Source of the DNA: Candidatus Pelagibacterales bacterium
GTDB taxonomy: Bacteria; Pseudomonadota; Alphaproteobacteria; Pelagibacterales; AG-422-B15
DNA: 64,000 nt
NCBI GenBank assembly: GCA_045567365.1
Contig: JBJLDC010000002.1
Span: 321 to 64,320 of the forward strand
Direction of reading: 5' to 3'
Below are positions 41,467 through 51,757 of the stretch, piece by piece. Within the stretch, counting starts at the first letter, position 1; each line of letters starts with the position of its first letter. Below the pieces are notes generated by a model. The model saw only the letters and a list, made by a program, of their open reading frames with translations, searched no databases and was not told where the DNA came from. Made by a program: the position numbers and the translations under genes.

Positions 41467-43875
41467 TCAGTGTGTTAAAAGAGGATCCTGATCTTGGTCT
41501 TGATCATCGTCCGATATTTCACTACTAGTGCTTACAGATTCACTTTCATCCCACTCAATTGGAATTAATGGCTTAGTAAGGGCAATTTTAAGAACATCAT
41601 CGACGTTATCTACAAATATCAATTCCAAACCTTCTTTAACATTATCAGGAATATCTTCTAAGTCTTTTTCATTCTCTTTTGGAATAATAACAGTTTTAGT
41701 TCCAGCTCTTAGTGCGGCTAACAACTTTTCTTTTAAGCCGCCAATTCCTAAAGCCTTACCTCTTAGAGTCACCTCTCCAGTCATGGCAATATCTTTTCGA
41801 ACAGGAATACCAGTTAGCACAGAAACAATTGAAGTAACCATTGCAAGACCCGCTGATGGTCCATCTTTTGGAATTGCACCTTCGGGTACGTGTATATGAA
41901 TATCTCTAATCGGGAAAATTGTTGGCTTAATACCAAAATCAATGCACCTAGAACGAACGTACGATTTAGCAGCTTGAATAGACTCTTTCATTACATCTCC
42001 AAGCTTACCAGTAATCGTCATAATGCCTTTACCAGGCATAATAACCGCTTCAATTGGAAGTATATCACCACCAACTTCAGTCCAAGCAAGACCTGTTACA
42101 ATACCAACTTGATCATCGGCATCAATTTCACCATATTTGTATTTTTTAACACCAGCATATTCATTTACATTTTCCTCATTAATGGTCAGATCTTTAATCT
42201 CTCCAGCAACAATCTTTTTAATAGCTTTTCTAGCGAGGTTGGCGATTTCTCTCTCAAGACTTCTTACACCAGCTTCTCGAGTGTAGTACTTAATTAGAGA
42301 TGTAACTGCATTGTCCTCGATTATTAATTCACCATCCTTCAGGCCATGTTTCTTGATAATTTCTGGAATTAAATGTTGTTTTGCAATTTGTACCTTTTCA
42401 TCCTCTGTGTAACCAGCAATTCTAATAATCTCCATTCGATCAAGTAATGCAGGGGGCATTCTCAATGTATTAGCTGTAGTTAAAAACATTGTATCAGATA
42501 GATCATAATCAACTTCTAAGTAATGATCATTGAATGTGTTGTTTTGCTCAGGGTCCAAAACTTCTAGAAGAGCAGAAGATGGATCTCCTCTATAATCTGC
42601 ACCTAACTTATCTATTTCATCGAGCAAAAATAACGGATTTGATGACCCAGCTTTTTTCATCATTTGTAATACTTTACCAGGCATAGAGCCAATATAAGTT
42701 CTTCTATGACCTCTTATTTCAGCCTCATCTCTTACTCCACCCAACGACATCCTTACAAACTTACGACCAGTTGAACGCGCAATAGACTTACCAAGAGAAG
42801 TTTTTCCAACTCCAGGAGCGCCAACAAGACATAAAATAGGACCCTTCATCTTTTTAATTCTTTGTTGAACAGCTAAATATTCAAGTATTCTCTCTTTAAC
42901 TTTTTCTAATCCATAATGATCTTCATCTAAAACTTGTTTTGCAAAGTTAATATCTTTCTTAACCTTTGTTTTCTTTCCCCATGGAATAGATAAAATCCAG
43001 TCAAGATAATTCCTTATAACGCTAGATTCAGCTGACATTGGGCTCATTGATCTGATTTTTTTTATTTCAGCGTAGCATTTTTCTTTAGCCTCTTTTGTCA
43101 GTTTCATCTTTTCGATTTTTTCTTCATATTCAGAAACATCATCCTTACCATCTTCATTCTCGCCAAGTTCTTTTTGAATAGCTTTCATCTGCTCATTCAA
43201 ATAATATTCTCTTTGAGTTTTTTCCATTTGGTTTTTTACTCTTCCACGAATTTTTTTCTCAACCTGTAACACGTCTAGTTCAGACTGAATGAAAGAAAGG
43301 ATTTTTTCAAAACGTTCATATAAATCAACAGATTCTAATATCTGTTGTTTATCAGATAGTTTGATCGATAAGTGTGATGCAATAGTGTCACTTAATTTTC
43401 CAAGTTCATCTATTTCATTGATCGTACCAAGCACTTCAGGTGGAATCTTTTTATTTAAGTTTACATATTTATCAAATTCATCAGTTGTTGACTTAGACAT
43501 TGCTCTAAGTTGCTTATCGGAAGAGTCTATTGTCTCAATAATCTGATCAACATCAGCTTGTAAAAAATCTTCATTTTCAAAAAAAACATTAATCGACGCT
43601 CTATTTAGTCCCTCAACTAATACTTTAACTGTTCCATCAGGTAGCTTTAACAGCTGCAACACATTAGCCACTGTCCCAAAATCAAATAGATCATTTTTCT
43701 TAGGATCATCAACTGAAGCACTTTTTTGAGTAATCAGCATTATTTTTTTATCACCCTTCATAACGCTTTCAAGAGCCTTAACTGATTTATCTCTACCTAC
43801 AAATAATGGAACTACCATATGAGGGAAGACTACGATATCTCTTAAGGGAAGAACTGGTATCTTATTTATGTTCAT
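41467..43875 (-). CDS. lon: ATP-dependent Lon protease
   Basis: 802 aa with Walker A GAPGVGKTS and the catalytic region PKDGPSAGLAMVTS. Confidence 0.96.
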   Translation of the reverse strand: MNINKIPVLPLRDIVVFPHMVVPLFVGRDKSVKALESVMKGDKKIMLITQKSASVDDPKKNDLFDFGTVANVLQLLKLPDGTVKVLVEGLNRASINVFFENEDFLQADVDQIIETIDSSDKQLRAMSKSTTDEFDKYVNLNKKIPPEVLGTINEIDELGKLSDTIASHLSIKLSDKQQILESVDLYERFEKILSFIQSELDVLQVEKKIRGRVKNQMEKTQREYYLNEQMKAIQKELGENEDGKDDVSEYEEKIEKMKLTKEAKEKCYAEIKKIRSMSPMSAESSVIRNYLDWILSIPWGKKTKVKKDINFAKQVLDEDHYGLEKVKERILEYLAVQQRIKKMKGPILCLVGAPGVGKTSLGKSIARSTGRKFVRMSLGGVRDEAEIRGHRRTYIGSMPGKVLQMMKKAGSSNPLFLLDEIDKLGADYRGDPSSALLEVLDPEQNNTFNDHYLEVDYDLSDTMFLTTANTLRMPPALLDRMEIIRIAGYTEDEKVQIAKQHLIPEIIKKHGLKDGELIIEDNAVTSLIKYYTREAGVRSLEREIANLARKAIKKIVAGEIKDLTINEENVNEYAGVKKYKYGEIDADDQVGIVTGLAWTEVGGDILPIEAVIMPGKGIMTITGKLGDVMKESIQAAKSYVRSRCIDFGIKPTIFPIRDIHIHVPEGAIPKDGPSAGLAMVTSIVSVLTGIPVRKDIAMTGEVTLRGKALGIGGLKEKLLAALRAGTKTVIIPKENEKDLEDIPDNVKEGLELIFVDNVDDVLKIALTKPLIPIEWDESESVSTSSEISDDDQDQDQDPLLTH

Positions 43876-43953
43876 AATGAATCAAAAAATATTCTATTTA
43901 TAAAAAAATGATTTGGGATCATAGTAAAGGCATAATCACAAACACATATATTT

Positions 43954-43981
43954 AGATGTGTATAAAAGACAGAATTTCAAG
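43954..43981 (-). promoter_or_regulatory. Candidate sigma-32 (RpoH)-type promoter upstream of lon
   Basis: The minus strand reads cCTTGAA-N14-ACACATCT, against the E. coli-type consensus CTTGAA-N13-17-CCCCATNT (two mismatches in the -10). It lies about 80 nt upstream of the lon ATG. Confidence 0.4.
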
Positions 43982-44001
43982 GAAGTGAGTTTAATAACGC
44001 T

Positions 44002-45267
44002 CTAAGCGCTTGTTTCTGAAGTCTTTTTATTATCTGCGTAGATGTATAGAGGTCGTGCTCTGCCCTCAGCCACTTCAGCATTAATGACTACTTCTTCAAC
44101 TCCTTCAAGAGAAGGAAGTTCAAACATTGTATCAAGCAGTATATTTTCCAGAATTGATCTTAATCCCCTCGCACCAGTTTTTCTTTCAATGGCCTTTTTT
44201 GCAATAACTTTTAATGCGTCTTTTGAAAGAATTAATTTTACATCCTCCATGTTAAACAAAGTCTGATATTGCTTAACAAGAGCATTCTTGGGTTCTTGAA
44301 GTATTTTAATCAGAGACTCTTCATCTAAATCTTCAAGAGTCGTAACAATAGGAAGTCTTCCAACAAACTCTGGTATTAATCCGTAGTTTAATAAATCTTC
44401 AGGCTCTAAATCATTCAATGCCATGCTTATATTTTTTACCTCAGCTGACTTAACACTTGCTTGAAAGCCCATGCCAGAACCTTTAGCTCTTCTATTAATT
44501 AATTTATCTAGCCCTGAAAATGCACCCCCACAAATAAACAATATATTGGTTGTATCAACTTGTAGGAATTCTTGCTGTGGATGTTTTCTTCCACCTTGAG
44601 GAGGTACACTTGCAACTGTTCCCTCCATTATTTTTAACAATGCCTGCTGAACTCCTTCACCTGATACATCTCTAGTAATTGATGGGTTTTCTGATTTTCG
44701 ACTAACTTTGTCAATTTCATCTATATATACAATTCCTCTTTGAGCCTTTTCAACATTATAGTCAGAAGCTTGCAGAAGTTTGAGTATAATATTTTCAACA
44801 TCTTCACCGACGTAGCCAGCTTCGGTGAGAGTTGTTGCATCAGCCATCGTAAATGGAACGTCAAGAATTCTAGCTAGAGTTTGAGCTAATAAAGTTTTGC
44901 CACAACCTGTAGGTCCAATTAGTAAAATATTTGATTTAGAAAGCTCTACATCTGATTTAGATGCTGAATGTTCAATTCGTTTATAGTGATTATGAACTGC
45001 AACAGAAAGATTGTACTTGGCTCCTTTTTGACCAATAACAAAATCATCTAAACTCGCACATATTTCTTTCGGTGTTGGAATTTTTCCAGAACTTTTTGAA
45101 TTATTTTCTTTATTTTCTTCTTGAATAATATCATTGCATAGTTCAACACACTCATCACATATAAAGACAGTTGGGCCAGCAATAAGTTTCTTTACCTCAT
45201 GTTGGCTTTTGCCACAAAATGAGCAATACAAAGTATTTTTATTTTTATCCGTACTATTTTCAGTCAT
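44002..45267 (-). CDS. clpX: ATP-dependent Clp protease ATP-binding subunit ClpX (start trimmed to MTENST...)
   Basis: N-terminal zinc finger CSFCGKSQ...CDECV, Walker A GPTGCGKT and the GYVGEDVE pore loop. The ORF-track start is 7 codons further upstream. Confidence 0.95.
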   Translation of the reverse strand: MTENSTDKNKNTLYCSFCGKSQHEVKKLIAGPTVFICDECVELCNDIIQEENKENNSKSSGKIPTPKEICASLDDFVIGQKGAKYNLSVAVHNHYKRIEHSASKSDVELSKSNILLIGPTGCGKTLLAQTLARILDVPFTMADATTLTEAGYVGEDVENIILKLLQASDYNVEKAQRGIVYIDEIDKVSRKSENPSITRDVSGEGVQQALLKIMEGTVASVPPQGGRKHPQQEFLQVDTTNILFICGGAFSGLDKLINRRAKGSGMGFQASVKSAEVKNISMALNDLEPEDLLNYGLIPEFVGRLPIVTTLEDLDEESLIKILQEPKNALVKQYQTLFNMEDVKLILSKDALKVIAKKAIERKTGARGLRSILENILLDTMFELPSLEGVEEVVINAEVAEGRARPLYIYADNKKTSETSA

Positions 45268-45424
45268 AACAAAGTAATATTTGTACAATAAGTCAAAAAT
45301 AAGTGTTTCATTCGAATCATTGCAGACATAAAGGAACCATTTATTTTAAAAAAATTCAATCTTTATTCGAAAATTAATCTGGAAAAACTGTTTATAAACA
45401 ATGAATTAAAGAATGTTTTTGAGG

Positions 45425-46045
45425 CTATTTCTCGATTTTTGGAACTCTTTTTTCTTGAATTTCGTCAATAATCCCAAATTTTTTTGCAGCTTCGGGGTCC
45501 ATAAAGTTATCTCTCTCCAAAGCTTCTTCAATTGCTTTCACATCTTGCCCAGTGTGTTTAGAGTATAGGTTGTTTAGTTTACTTTTAGTTGAAGCAATTT
45601 CTTTAGCGTGAATTTCAATATCTGTAGCTTGACCTTGAAAACCAGCTGATGGCTGATGAACCATAATTCTACTATTAGGCAATGCAAATCTTTTGCCTTT
45701 TTCTCCTGCCGCTAGGAGAAAAGATCCCATAGAGGCCGCTTGACCAAAACATAAAGTAGAAACTGGACACTGGATGAATTGCATAGTGTCATATATCGCT
45801 AATCCATCAGATACAACTCCTCCAGGAGAATTTATATACAAGTAAATTTCTTTTTCAGGATCTTCAGACTCTAAAAATAATAATTGCGCAGAAATTAGGG
45901 ATGCTAGTCCATCATGAACAGGCCCCACCAAAAAAATAATTCTTTCTTTTAATAATCTTGAATAAATATCGTATGCTCTCTCACCTTTGCCGGTTTGTTC
46001 AACAACCATTGGTATAAGAGTATTCATTGTTACTTTGTCATTCAT
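45425..46045 (-). CDS. clpP: ATP-dependent Clp protease proteolytic subunit
   Basis: 206 aa with the catalytic Ser context [11 protein letters not shown] and MVHQP. Confidence 0.96.
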   Translation of the reverse strand: MNDKVTMNTLIPMVVEQTGKGERAYDIYSRLLKERIIFLVGPVHDGLASLISAQLLFLESEDPEKEIYLYINSPGGVVSDGLAIYDTMQFIQCPVSTLCFGQAASMGSFLLAAGEKGKRFALPNSRIMVHQPSAGFQGQATDIEIHAKEIASTKSKLNNLYSKHTGQDVKAIEEALERDNFMDPEAAKKFGIIDEIQEKRVPKIEK

Positions 46046-46048
46046 AAT

Positions 46049-47476
46049 TTATTTCTTCGCTGCTTTCTTTTTAATAGTAGTCTTTTTAACAGTCTTCTTC
46101 TTTACCGTTTTCTTTTTATCTGATGACGATTTTTCAGTATCTCCGCCATTATAAATTTTTATGAACGAATCAACATCTATATCAGTAGATTTTAGCTTAA
46201 CTTTTTCGAGTATAAAGTCCAAAATTTTACTTTCGTAGATTGGCGCCTGTAACTGTGTCATTGCATCCTGATTATTCTTATAATACTCAATTACTTTCTG
46301 TTCTTGACCTTTAAAATTCATTGCATATTCGTAAAGAGCTTTATTCATTTCATCTTGCGTTACTTGAATATTGTTTAGTCTACCAACTTCTTGGAGTACC
46401 AAACCTAGTTGAATTCTTTTTTTGGCCTCATCTTTAAACTTCTTTTCACTGCCACTTGATAGCTTTTGGTCTTTAATTTCTTTATTATGATCATCTGAAA
46501 CTGGATTCTGTGAAGTTAAATGGCCCTGTTTTAAATTATTAAATTCAGTTTCAATTAATCCTACAGGCATTTCAAATTCATGCTCTTTTTCAAGAATATC
46601 GAATAAATTCTTTTTAGAAATATTTTTAGTAAGATCATCATATTCTTTCTGCATTTGATCTTTAACCTTAGTTTTAAGATCTTTTAAATTCTCAGTTCCA
46701 ACAGACTTTGCAAAAGCATCATCAATTTTAGTTTCCTCAGGTGATCCAATTTTTTTAATTTTACATTCAAAAGTAGCACTAGCACCCTTTAAATCTTCAG
46801 CTTGATAGTTATCTGGAAATTTAACAGGAATTTTTTTTGTGTCCCCAGCCCTAAGACCAATTAGACCATCTTCGAGATCTTTTAAATACTGACCTGATCC
46901 AATTACTATCGTCTGCTCCTCTGCTTTGCCACCATCGAAATTCTTTCCATCAATTGTACCTTCATAGTCTAAGCGAACAGAATCACCCTTTTTGGCTTTG
47001 TATTCATCTGGTTGATCTTTAAATGACTTTTGATTTTTTGCAATAAGCTCAACTCTCTGATCAATCTCTTTATCCTTAATTTTTACTTTATACGTATCTA
47101 TATTTAACTTTTCAAAATTAACTAATTCAATTTCAGGAAACAGCTCAACTTCAAATGTAAAAATTGTATCTTCAGACTCATTTTTCTTTTCTTTTAAATC
47201 AACTTTAGGTTGCGCAATTGGTCTAAATTTTTTTTCTTGAACTATATTAAATACATTGTCATTAATAAGTTTATTTAATACTTCTGCTTTTATAGAGTCT
47301 CCATGTTTCTGATTGACAATTGAAGCTGGAACTTTTCCTGGCCTAAAGCCATCAACTTTAATAGTTTTTCTTATTTCTTCAGTCTTTTGATTGACTCCAT
47401 TATTAAATTCTTCAGATTTAATAGTTACCTCATAACCTCTTTTAAGACCTTTATTTATTGTTTCTTTATAATTCAT
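46049..47476 (-). CDS. tig: Trigger factor, with Lys-rich C-terminal tail
   Basis: 475 aa with GFRPGKVP in the N-domain and an FKBP-like middle domain. Lies in the tig-clpP-clpX order. Confidence 0.93.
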   Translation of the reverse strand: MNYKETINKGLKRGYEVTIKSEEFNNGVNQKTEEIRKTIKVDGFRPGKVPASIVNQKHGDSIKAEVLNKLINDNVFNIVQEKKFRPIAQPKVDLKEKKNESEDTIFTFEVELFPEIELVNFEKLNIDTYKVKIKDKEIDQRVELIAKNQKSFKDQPDEYKAKKGDSVRLDYEGTIDGKNFDGGKAEEQTIVIGSGQYLKDLEDGLIGLRAGDTKKIPVKFPDNYQAEDLKGASATFECKIKKIGSPEETKIDDAFAKSVGTENLKDLKTKVKDQMQKEYDDLTKNISKKNLFDILEKEHEFEMPVGLIETEFNNLKQGHLTSQNPVSDDHNKEIKDQKLSSGSEKKFKDEAKKRIQLGLVLQEVGRLNNIQVTQDEMNKALYEYAMNFKGQEQKVIEYYKNNQDAMTQLQAPIYESKILDFILEKVKLKSTDIDVDSFIKIYNGGDTEKSSSDKKKTVKKKTVKKTTIKKKAAKK

Positions 47477-47486
47477 ATAAACTCTT

Positions 47487-47571
47487 TGGTGCGGCTAGAG
47501 GGACTCGAACCCCCATGAGTTGCCTCACTGGTACCTAAAACCAGCGTGTCTACCAATTCCACCATAGCCGC
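47487..47571 (-). tRNA. tRNA-Leu (anticodon UAG), long variable arm, CCA encoded
   Basis: Hand-folded from GCGGCTATGGTGGAATTGGTAGACACGCTGGTTTTAGGTACCAGTGAGGCAACTCATGGGGGTTCGAGTCCCTCTAGCCGCACCA. Anticodon stem CTGGT/ACCAG with loop TTTAGGT. Confidence 0.9.
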
Positions 47572-47698
47572 GATTAATAGAAAATGCAAAATAGACTATT
47601 TTTGATATTATTACAGCAATAATTTAGAGGTTCACATTAAGCAATATAGTATATTAATATCGAAAAAAATGATCGCAATTAGTAGGTTTTAACAATAA

Positions 47699-48637
47699 AT
47701 GAAAACAGTAGTTTTTTTAGACAGAGATACTTTTCCAAAGAAGATATTAATACCAAAATTAAAATTTAAACATAATTGGAAAAATTATAGATTTACAGAA
47801 CCAGGCCAGGTTATTCAAAGAATTAAAAATGCAAATATAATTGTCACAAATAAAACTAAATTATCAGCTACAGCTCTGAGAGCTGCAAAATCACTTGAAC
47901 TTATAGCAATTACTGCTACCGGAACAAACATAGTAGATTTAAATTTCTGCAGAAAAAACAATATTAGTTTATGCAATCTTAGAGATTATGCATCAATTTC
48001 TGTTGCTGAACATGTCTTTGCAATTACATTAAATCTGATAAAGCAAATAAAAGGTCTTGAAAAAGATATTCAAACTGACATCTGGCAAAAGAGAAAAGTT
48101 TTTGCACTTTTAAATAGATCAATTGGTGATTTAAATGGCAAGACTATTGGTATCATAGGCAAAGGAGCCATTGGAAAACAAGTCAAGAAGATATCTAAAG
48201 CTTTTGATATGAAGGCAAGTTTTTTTTCTGCAAGAGATTTTAAAAGATCTGACTTAATAAATTTTTTATCAAAATGTGATATTTTAACTATTCACTGTCC
48301 GCTAGAAAAGAACACGTTAAATCTGATTACTTTTAAAGAATTAAAGCTAATGAAAAAAACATCAATAATAATTAATACTGCGCGAGGTGGCATTATAAAT
48401 GAAAATGACTTAGTAGCCGCAATAAAAAAGAATATAATTGCAGGGGCTGGAATAGATGTAGCAACAACTGAACCTCCAAAAAGAAATCATCCTTATTATA
48501 ATATAATTGATAAGCCTAATTTCATTTGGACGCCTCATACAGCCTGGGCATCAAATGCAACACTTAACAATGCAGTTAATCAGCTTATAAATAATATAAA
48601 TTCTTTTTATCGTAATCAGCCTAAAAATTTAGTTTAA
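47699..48637 (+). CDS. D-isomer-specific 2-hydroxyacid dehydrogenase (glycerate dehydrogenase/hydroxypyruvate reductase-like)
   Basis: 312 aa with the NAD motif GIIGKGAIGKQV and the catalytic-region pattern NTARGGII...TPHTAW. Confidence 0.82.
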   Translation: MKTVVFLDRDTFPKKILIPKLKFKHNWKNYRFTEPGQVIQRIKNANIIVTNKTKLSATALRAAKSLELIAITATGTNIVDLNFCRKNNISLCNLRDYASISVAEHVFAITLNLIKQIKGLEKDIQTDIWQKRKVFALLNRSIGDLNGKTIGIIGKGAIGKQVKKISKAFDMKASFFSARDFKRSDLINFLSKCDILTIHCPLEKNTLNLITFKELKLMKKTSIIINTARGGIINENDLVAAIKKNIIAGAGIDVATTEPPKRNHPYYNIIDKPNFIWTPHTAWASNATLNNAVNQLINNINSFYRNQPKNLV

Positions 48638-49503
48638 GAATTGTCTTTTTTGTTTTCTTTATGAATTAGAAAAATTGATCCTAAAATTAAAATACCACCA
48701 ACTATTTCATAAATACTTAATGTTTCAGAAAATATAATAAAAGCTAATATTAAGCCAAAGATAGGAAATAATGAATAAAAGGGAAGTACATTTGATATGG
48801 GGTAAAATTTATACAGATAAAACATTCCTGCATGACCAATTACTGAAACAATTAAAGCTGTGTGAAGAACTGTAAAAACTGCTAATCCATTTATAGGTAT
48901 CAAATAATTGAGTGGATTTCCTTCTATGATAAGTGTCAGTGCTGCAACAGGTATAAATGCAATAAGGCCGTGCCAGCCATTAAGAGCTGCGGTATCAACG
49001 TCTTTTAATACTCTTGCCATAAGATTAGAAAGTGCATAGAAAAATGCCATGACAATTACTAAAATTAATCCAAACTTATCATCAATAATTCTAGGGTCAT
49101 AAGCAATAATAACTATCCCAATAAAAGATAAAAATATAAGAACCCAACGCCTTAAGGAAATTTTCTCTCTTAAAAAAACTAAACTAAGAATCAATCCAAA
49201 TGGAATTGATAGTTGAGCTCCAATAATAATTGGCGCAACAATAGAAAGTTGTTCTAATGCATAATACATTGTCACATAGGTTCCTATTCCCATAGCAAGA
49301 GAAAATCCTATTAATGGGCTTAACAAATGTTTTGCAGGCAGCTTAAGTCTGAAGAAAGGCAAAAAAGCTAAAAATATTAATCCAAGTCTTAGTGCAGTAA
49401 ATAATAAAGGAGGAATTATATCTATTCCTAGTTTCCCAACTGGATAAGAGCTTCCATACAAAACCATTATAATTAGCACTAAAATCAGATGCTTTGATTG
49501 CAT
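48634..49503 (-). CDS. EamA/DMT-family transporter
   Basis: 289 aa with ten hydrophobic segments in two EamA-like halves. Confidence 0.8.
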   Translation of the reverse strand: MQSKHLILVLIIMVLYGSSYPVGKLGIDIIPPLLFTALRLGLIFLAFLPFFRLKLPAKHLLSPLIGFSLAMGIGTYVTMYYALEQLSIVAPIIIGAQLSIPFGLILSLVFLREKISLRRWVLIFLSFIGIVIIAYDPRIIDDKFGLILVIVMAFFYALSNLMARVLKDVDTAALNGWHGLIAFIPVAALTLIIEGNPLNYLIPINGLAVFTVLHTALIVSVIGHAGMFYLYKFYPISNVLPFYSLFPIFGLILAFIIFSETLSIYEIVGGILILGSIFLIHKENKKDNS

Positions 49504-49555
49504 CTAATAAATCTAATTGATTAAATACTTTATACAACTCAAAGAATTTGAAGAT

Positions 49556-49687
49556 TTATTTGTTTCTGGGTGAGCAACGTTTAGAGCAATATTTTACATT
49601 ATTCCAGTTTAATTCCCATTTCTTTCTCCATGAGAATTCTTTTTTACAACTAATACAGATTTTAGTTGGCAAGTTCTTTTTTTTCAT
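49556..49687 (-). CDS. DUF2256-family small zinc-ribbon protein (43 aa; absent from the ORF track)
   Basis: My translation is MKKKNLPTKICISCKKEFSWRKKWELNWNNVKYCSKRCSPRNK. It matches the DUF2256 pattern KxCxxC..F.WRKKW...W..V.YCS.RC. Confidence 0.75.
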   Translation of the reverse strand: MKKKNLPTKICISCKKEFSWRKKWELNWNNVKYCSKRCSPRNK

Positions 49688-49702
49688 CAATATGAATATA
49701 TC

Positions 49703-49924
49703 ATGAAATTATTTCAGATACACACAGGTTTCTATGATCCAAAAGATATTTCAAATGGATTTTATGAGGGCCATACTAATTTTTTTGTTTGTGCAAAAGA
49801 TATAACCTCAGCAAGAAAAGCTGTTAAAGAAAAAAAAGAATTTAAAAAATACAAAATGCATATTGATGGAATACAGGAAATAAGTTCTGTAGATGGATAT
49901 AAAGTAGTTTTAAAGAAGTATTAA
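49703..49924 (+). CDS. Small hypothetical protein, DUF1543-like pattern
   Basis: 73 aa. HTNFFVCAKD...MHIDGIQEISSVDGYKVVL resembles DUF1543 proteins; the assignment is from memory and low certainty. Confidence 0.5.
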   Translation: MKLFQIHTGFYDPKDISNGFYEGHTNFFVCAKDITSARKAVKEKKEFKKYKMHIDGIQEISSVDGYKVVLKKY

Positions 49925-51757
49925 TTGCACTTACCGTTCAAAAATTCTTCATAAAGAATTGAAACTTTTTCTTTTGAGAGTGTTGTGCCATCAAATAGAT
50001 CGTCAAAAATAATACATTTTTGCTTTATTGATAAATTTTCACTTGATAAACTTTGAAGAATAGAGTCTTCAGATAAAATTGCACTATTCATTCTTATCCC
50101 TTGATCGTTCTTTGTATCAAAAACAATAAATTTTTCATTGTCTCCATTCCTCCAAGAACTCCAATTGACACCAAGTGAATATGGATTGGAATTAGGGTTG
50201 CCATCATATGCAAAATTGACCCAATACTGGCTCATCGAAATAGATAGCTCCTTATCAAAGATAGCATTTTCTGATTTGTATAAGATATCTGATAGATCAC
50301 TTTTCTGACGATCAATTATTTCTGGAGAATTAAAAATGAAACCAATTTCTAAGGCATGCGCAGCTCCCAATAATTTTGAAAAATCCATTCCAAGAAATTG
50401 AGGTTCATCGTCCCAATCAAATCTGTAGGCGTAAACATTATCTTTGTTTACTTTTGAAATATACCTTGCGGCATTATCAACAGCATCTAATTTCCATGCA
50501 TCACTTTTATACTTTGAATATGCGTCATAGAATTTTTCATCTCTTTGTTTTGTCCATAAGCCTAATGTTGGATGCAGATTTGCAATGAAACTTGGCAGCA
50601 CAGGCTTTATAAATCTTGGGTCACCACTCATAAAGAGTTTAAGCTCATCTCGATTTGTACCAAGTATGATTTCCTTATCATGAAATTTACCATTGATATA
50701 AGATTTAAAAATACCTTCATTAGGAATAATTATTTCATCAGGAATTACATTTGGTACGTCAATTAGGCCTCCTTCATTCTCTCTTACTCTATAAAAGCTT
50801 ATAATTTCCTCTTTAGATAAATCTCTTAAATAATTTGAAAGAGTAACACTATCTTCTAATGTTTCTTTTAGAGTCATCGGATTCATTGCTGGCTCTTTTT
50901 TCTTTATTGAAGACTTAATAAATGTGAGTGATCCTGACTCTGAATTGTTTCTGGAATACTCAATATCATCAGAAACAAAGTATCCACTTTGAGCTATTCC
51001 TCTTTTAAAAAGCTTCTTAGCTGGTTCCGCAAGATAAAGTGATAATACGTTTCTAGCTCCAGCAGATTCTCCAAAAATTGTGATATTATTTGGATCACCA
51101 CCAAAAGCGCTAATATTTTCATTTACCCATTCTAAAGACTTAATCATATCAAGTGTTCCAAAATTAGGGGAAAGGTCGAGCGGCTCCTGAGAGTCTGCAT
51201 TTAATCCTGGAACAGAAAACCATCCAAATGGGCCTAATCTATAATTAATTGTAACAAGTATTACATCATGAAATTTCAAAAAATTAGTGGGTATATGCAT
51301 AGGAGATGCAGAATACCCCCAAGTATTTCCACCTCCATGTATCCAAAACATTACTGGAAGTTTTTTTATTGCTTTTAAAAGTATCTGCGGGCGCAAATAC
51401 GTTTAGATATAAGCAATCTTCTGAGCCAAAAATTGTTCCTTCTTTTTGACCAGTAATTAATTCATCATAAAAATTTGAAACTTGAACACATCTATTAGGC
51501 AGTTTAGTGGCATCAAAACGATTTGATGTAAATTCAAAATCTCGTGGAGCTTTCCACCTCAACTCTCCTGTTGGTGGCTTGGCATAAGGTATTCCATACC
51601 ATGCGAATATATCTTTTTGATCCTCTTCATTGATTTTTGTACCAAAAATCTCAACCATGTCTAAAACTACCTTTGACTCATCAGCTACCTCATTTGCAAA
51701 AGAGTATGTACTTGTAAACACAAATAGGATTAGAATTATTTTTAAAATTTTTTTCAT
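49921..51757 (-). pseudogene. Type-B carboxylesterase/lipase (secreted), interrupted by a frameshift in a coding-strand A7 run (plus-strand T7 at 51361-51367)
   Basis: The N-terminal ORF (51284..51757) has a signal peptide and EDCLYLNVFAP. The C-terminal ORF (49921..51396) continues KKLPVMFWIHGGG, GESAGA (nucleophile elbow) and GAAHALE. Removing one A joins them: ...SNKK-LPVMFWIHGGG. Confidence 0.82.

Noticed and set aside
41528-42297. Two long plus-strand ORFs (123 and 135 aa) inside lon, and similar antisense or alternate-frame ORFs in nuoF (26788..27189, 27107..27403), RNase J (14822..15151), lolC/E (10956..11267), parE (60326..60616) and others
   Set aside because: All lie wholly within strongly supported conserved genes and have low-complexity, motif-free translations. 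They are expected by chance in the more GC-rich, codon-biased core genes.
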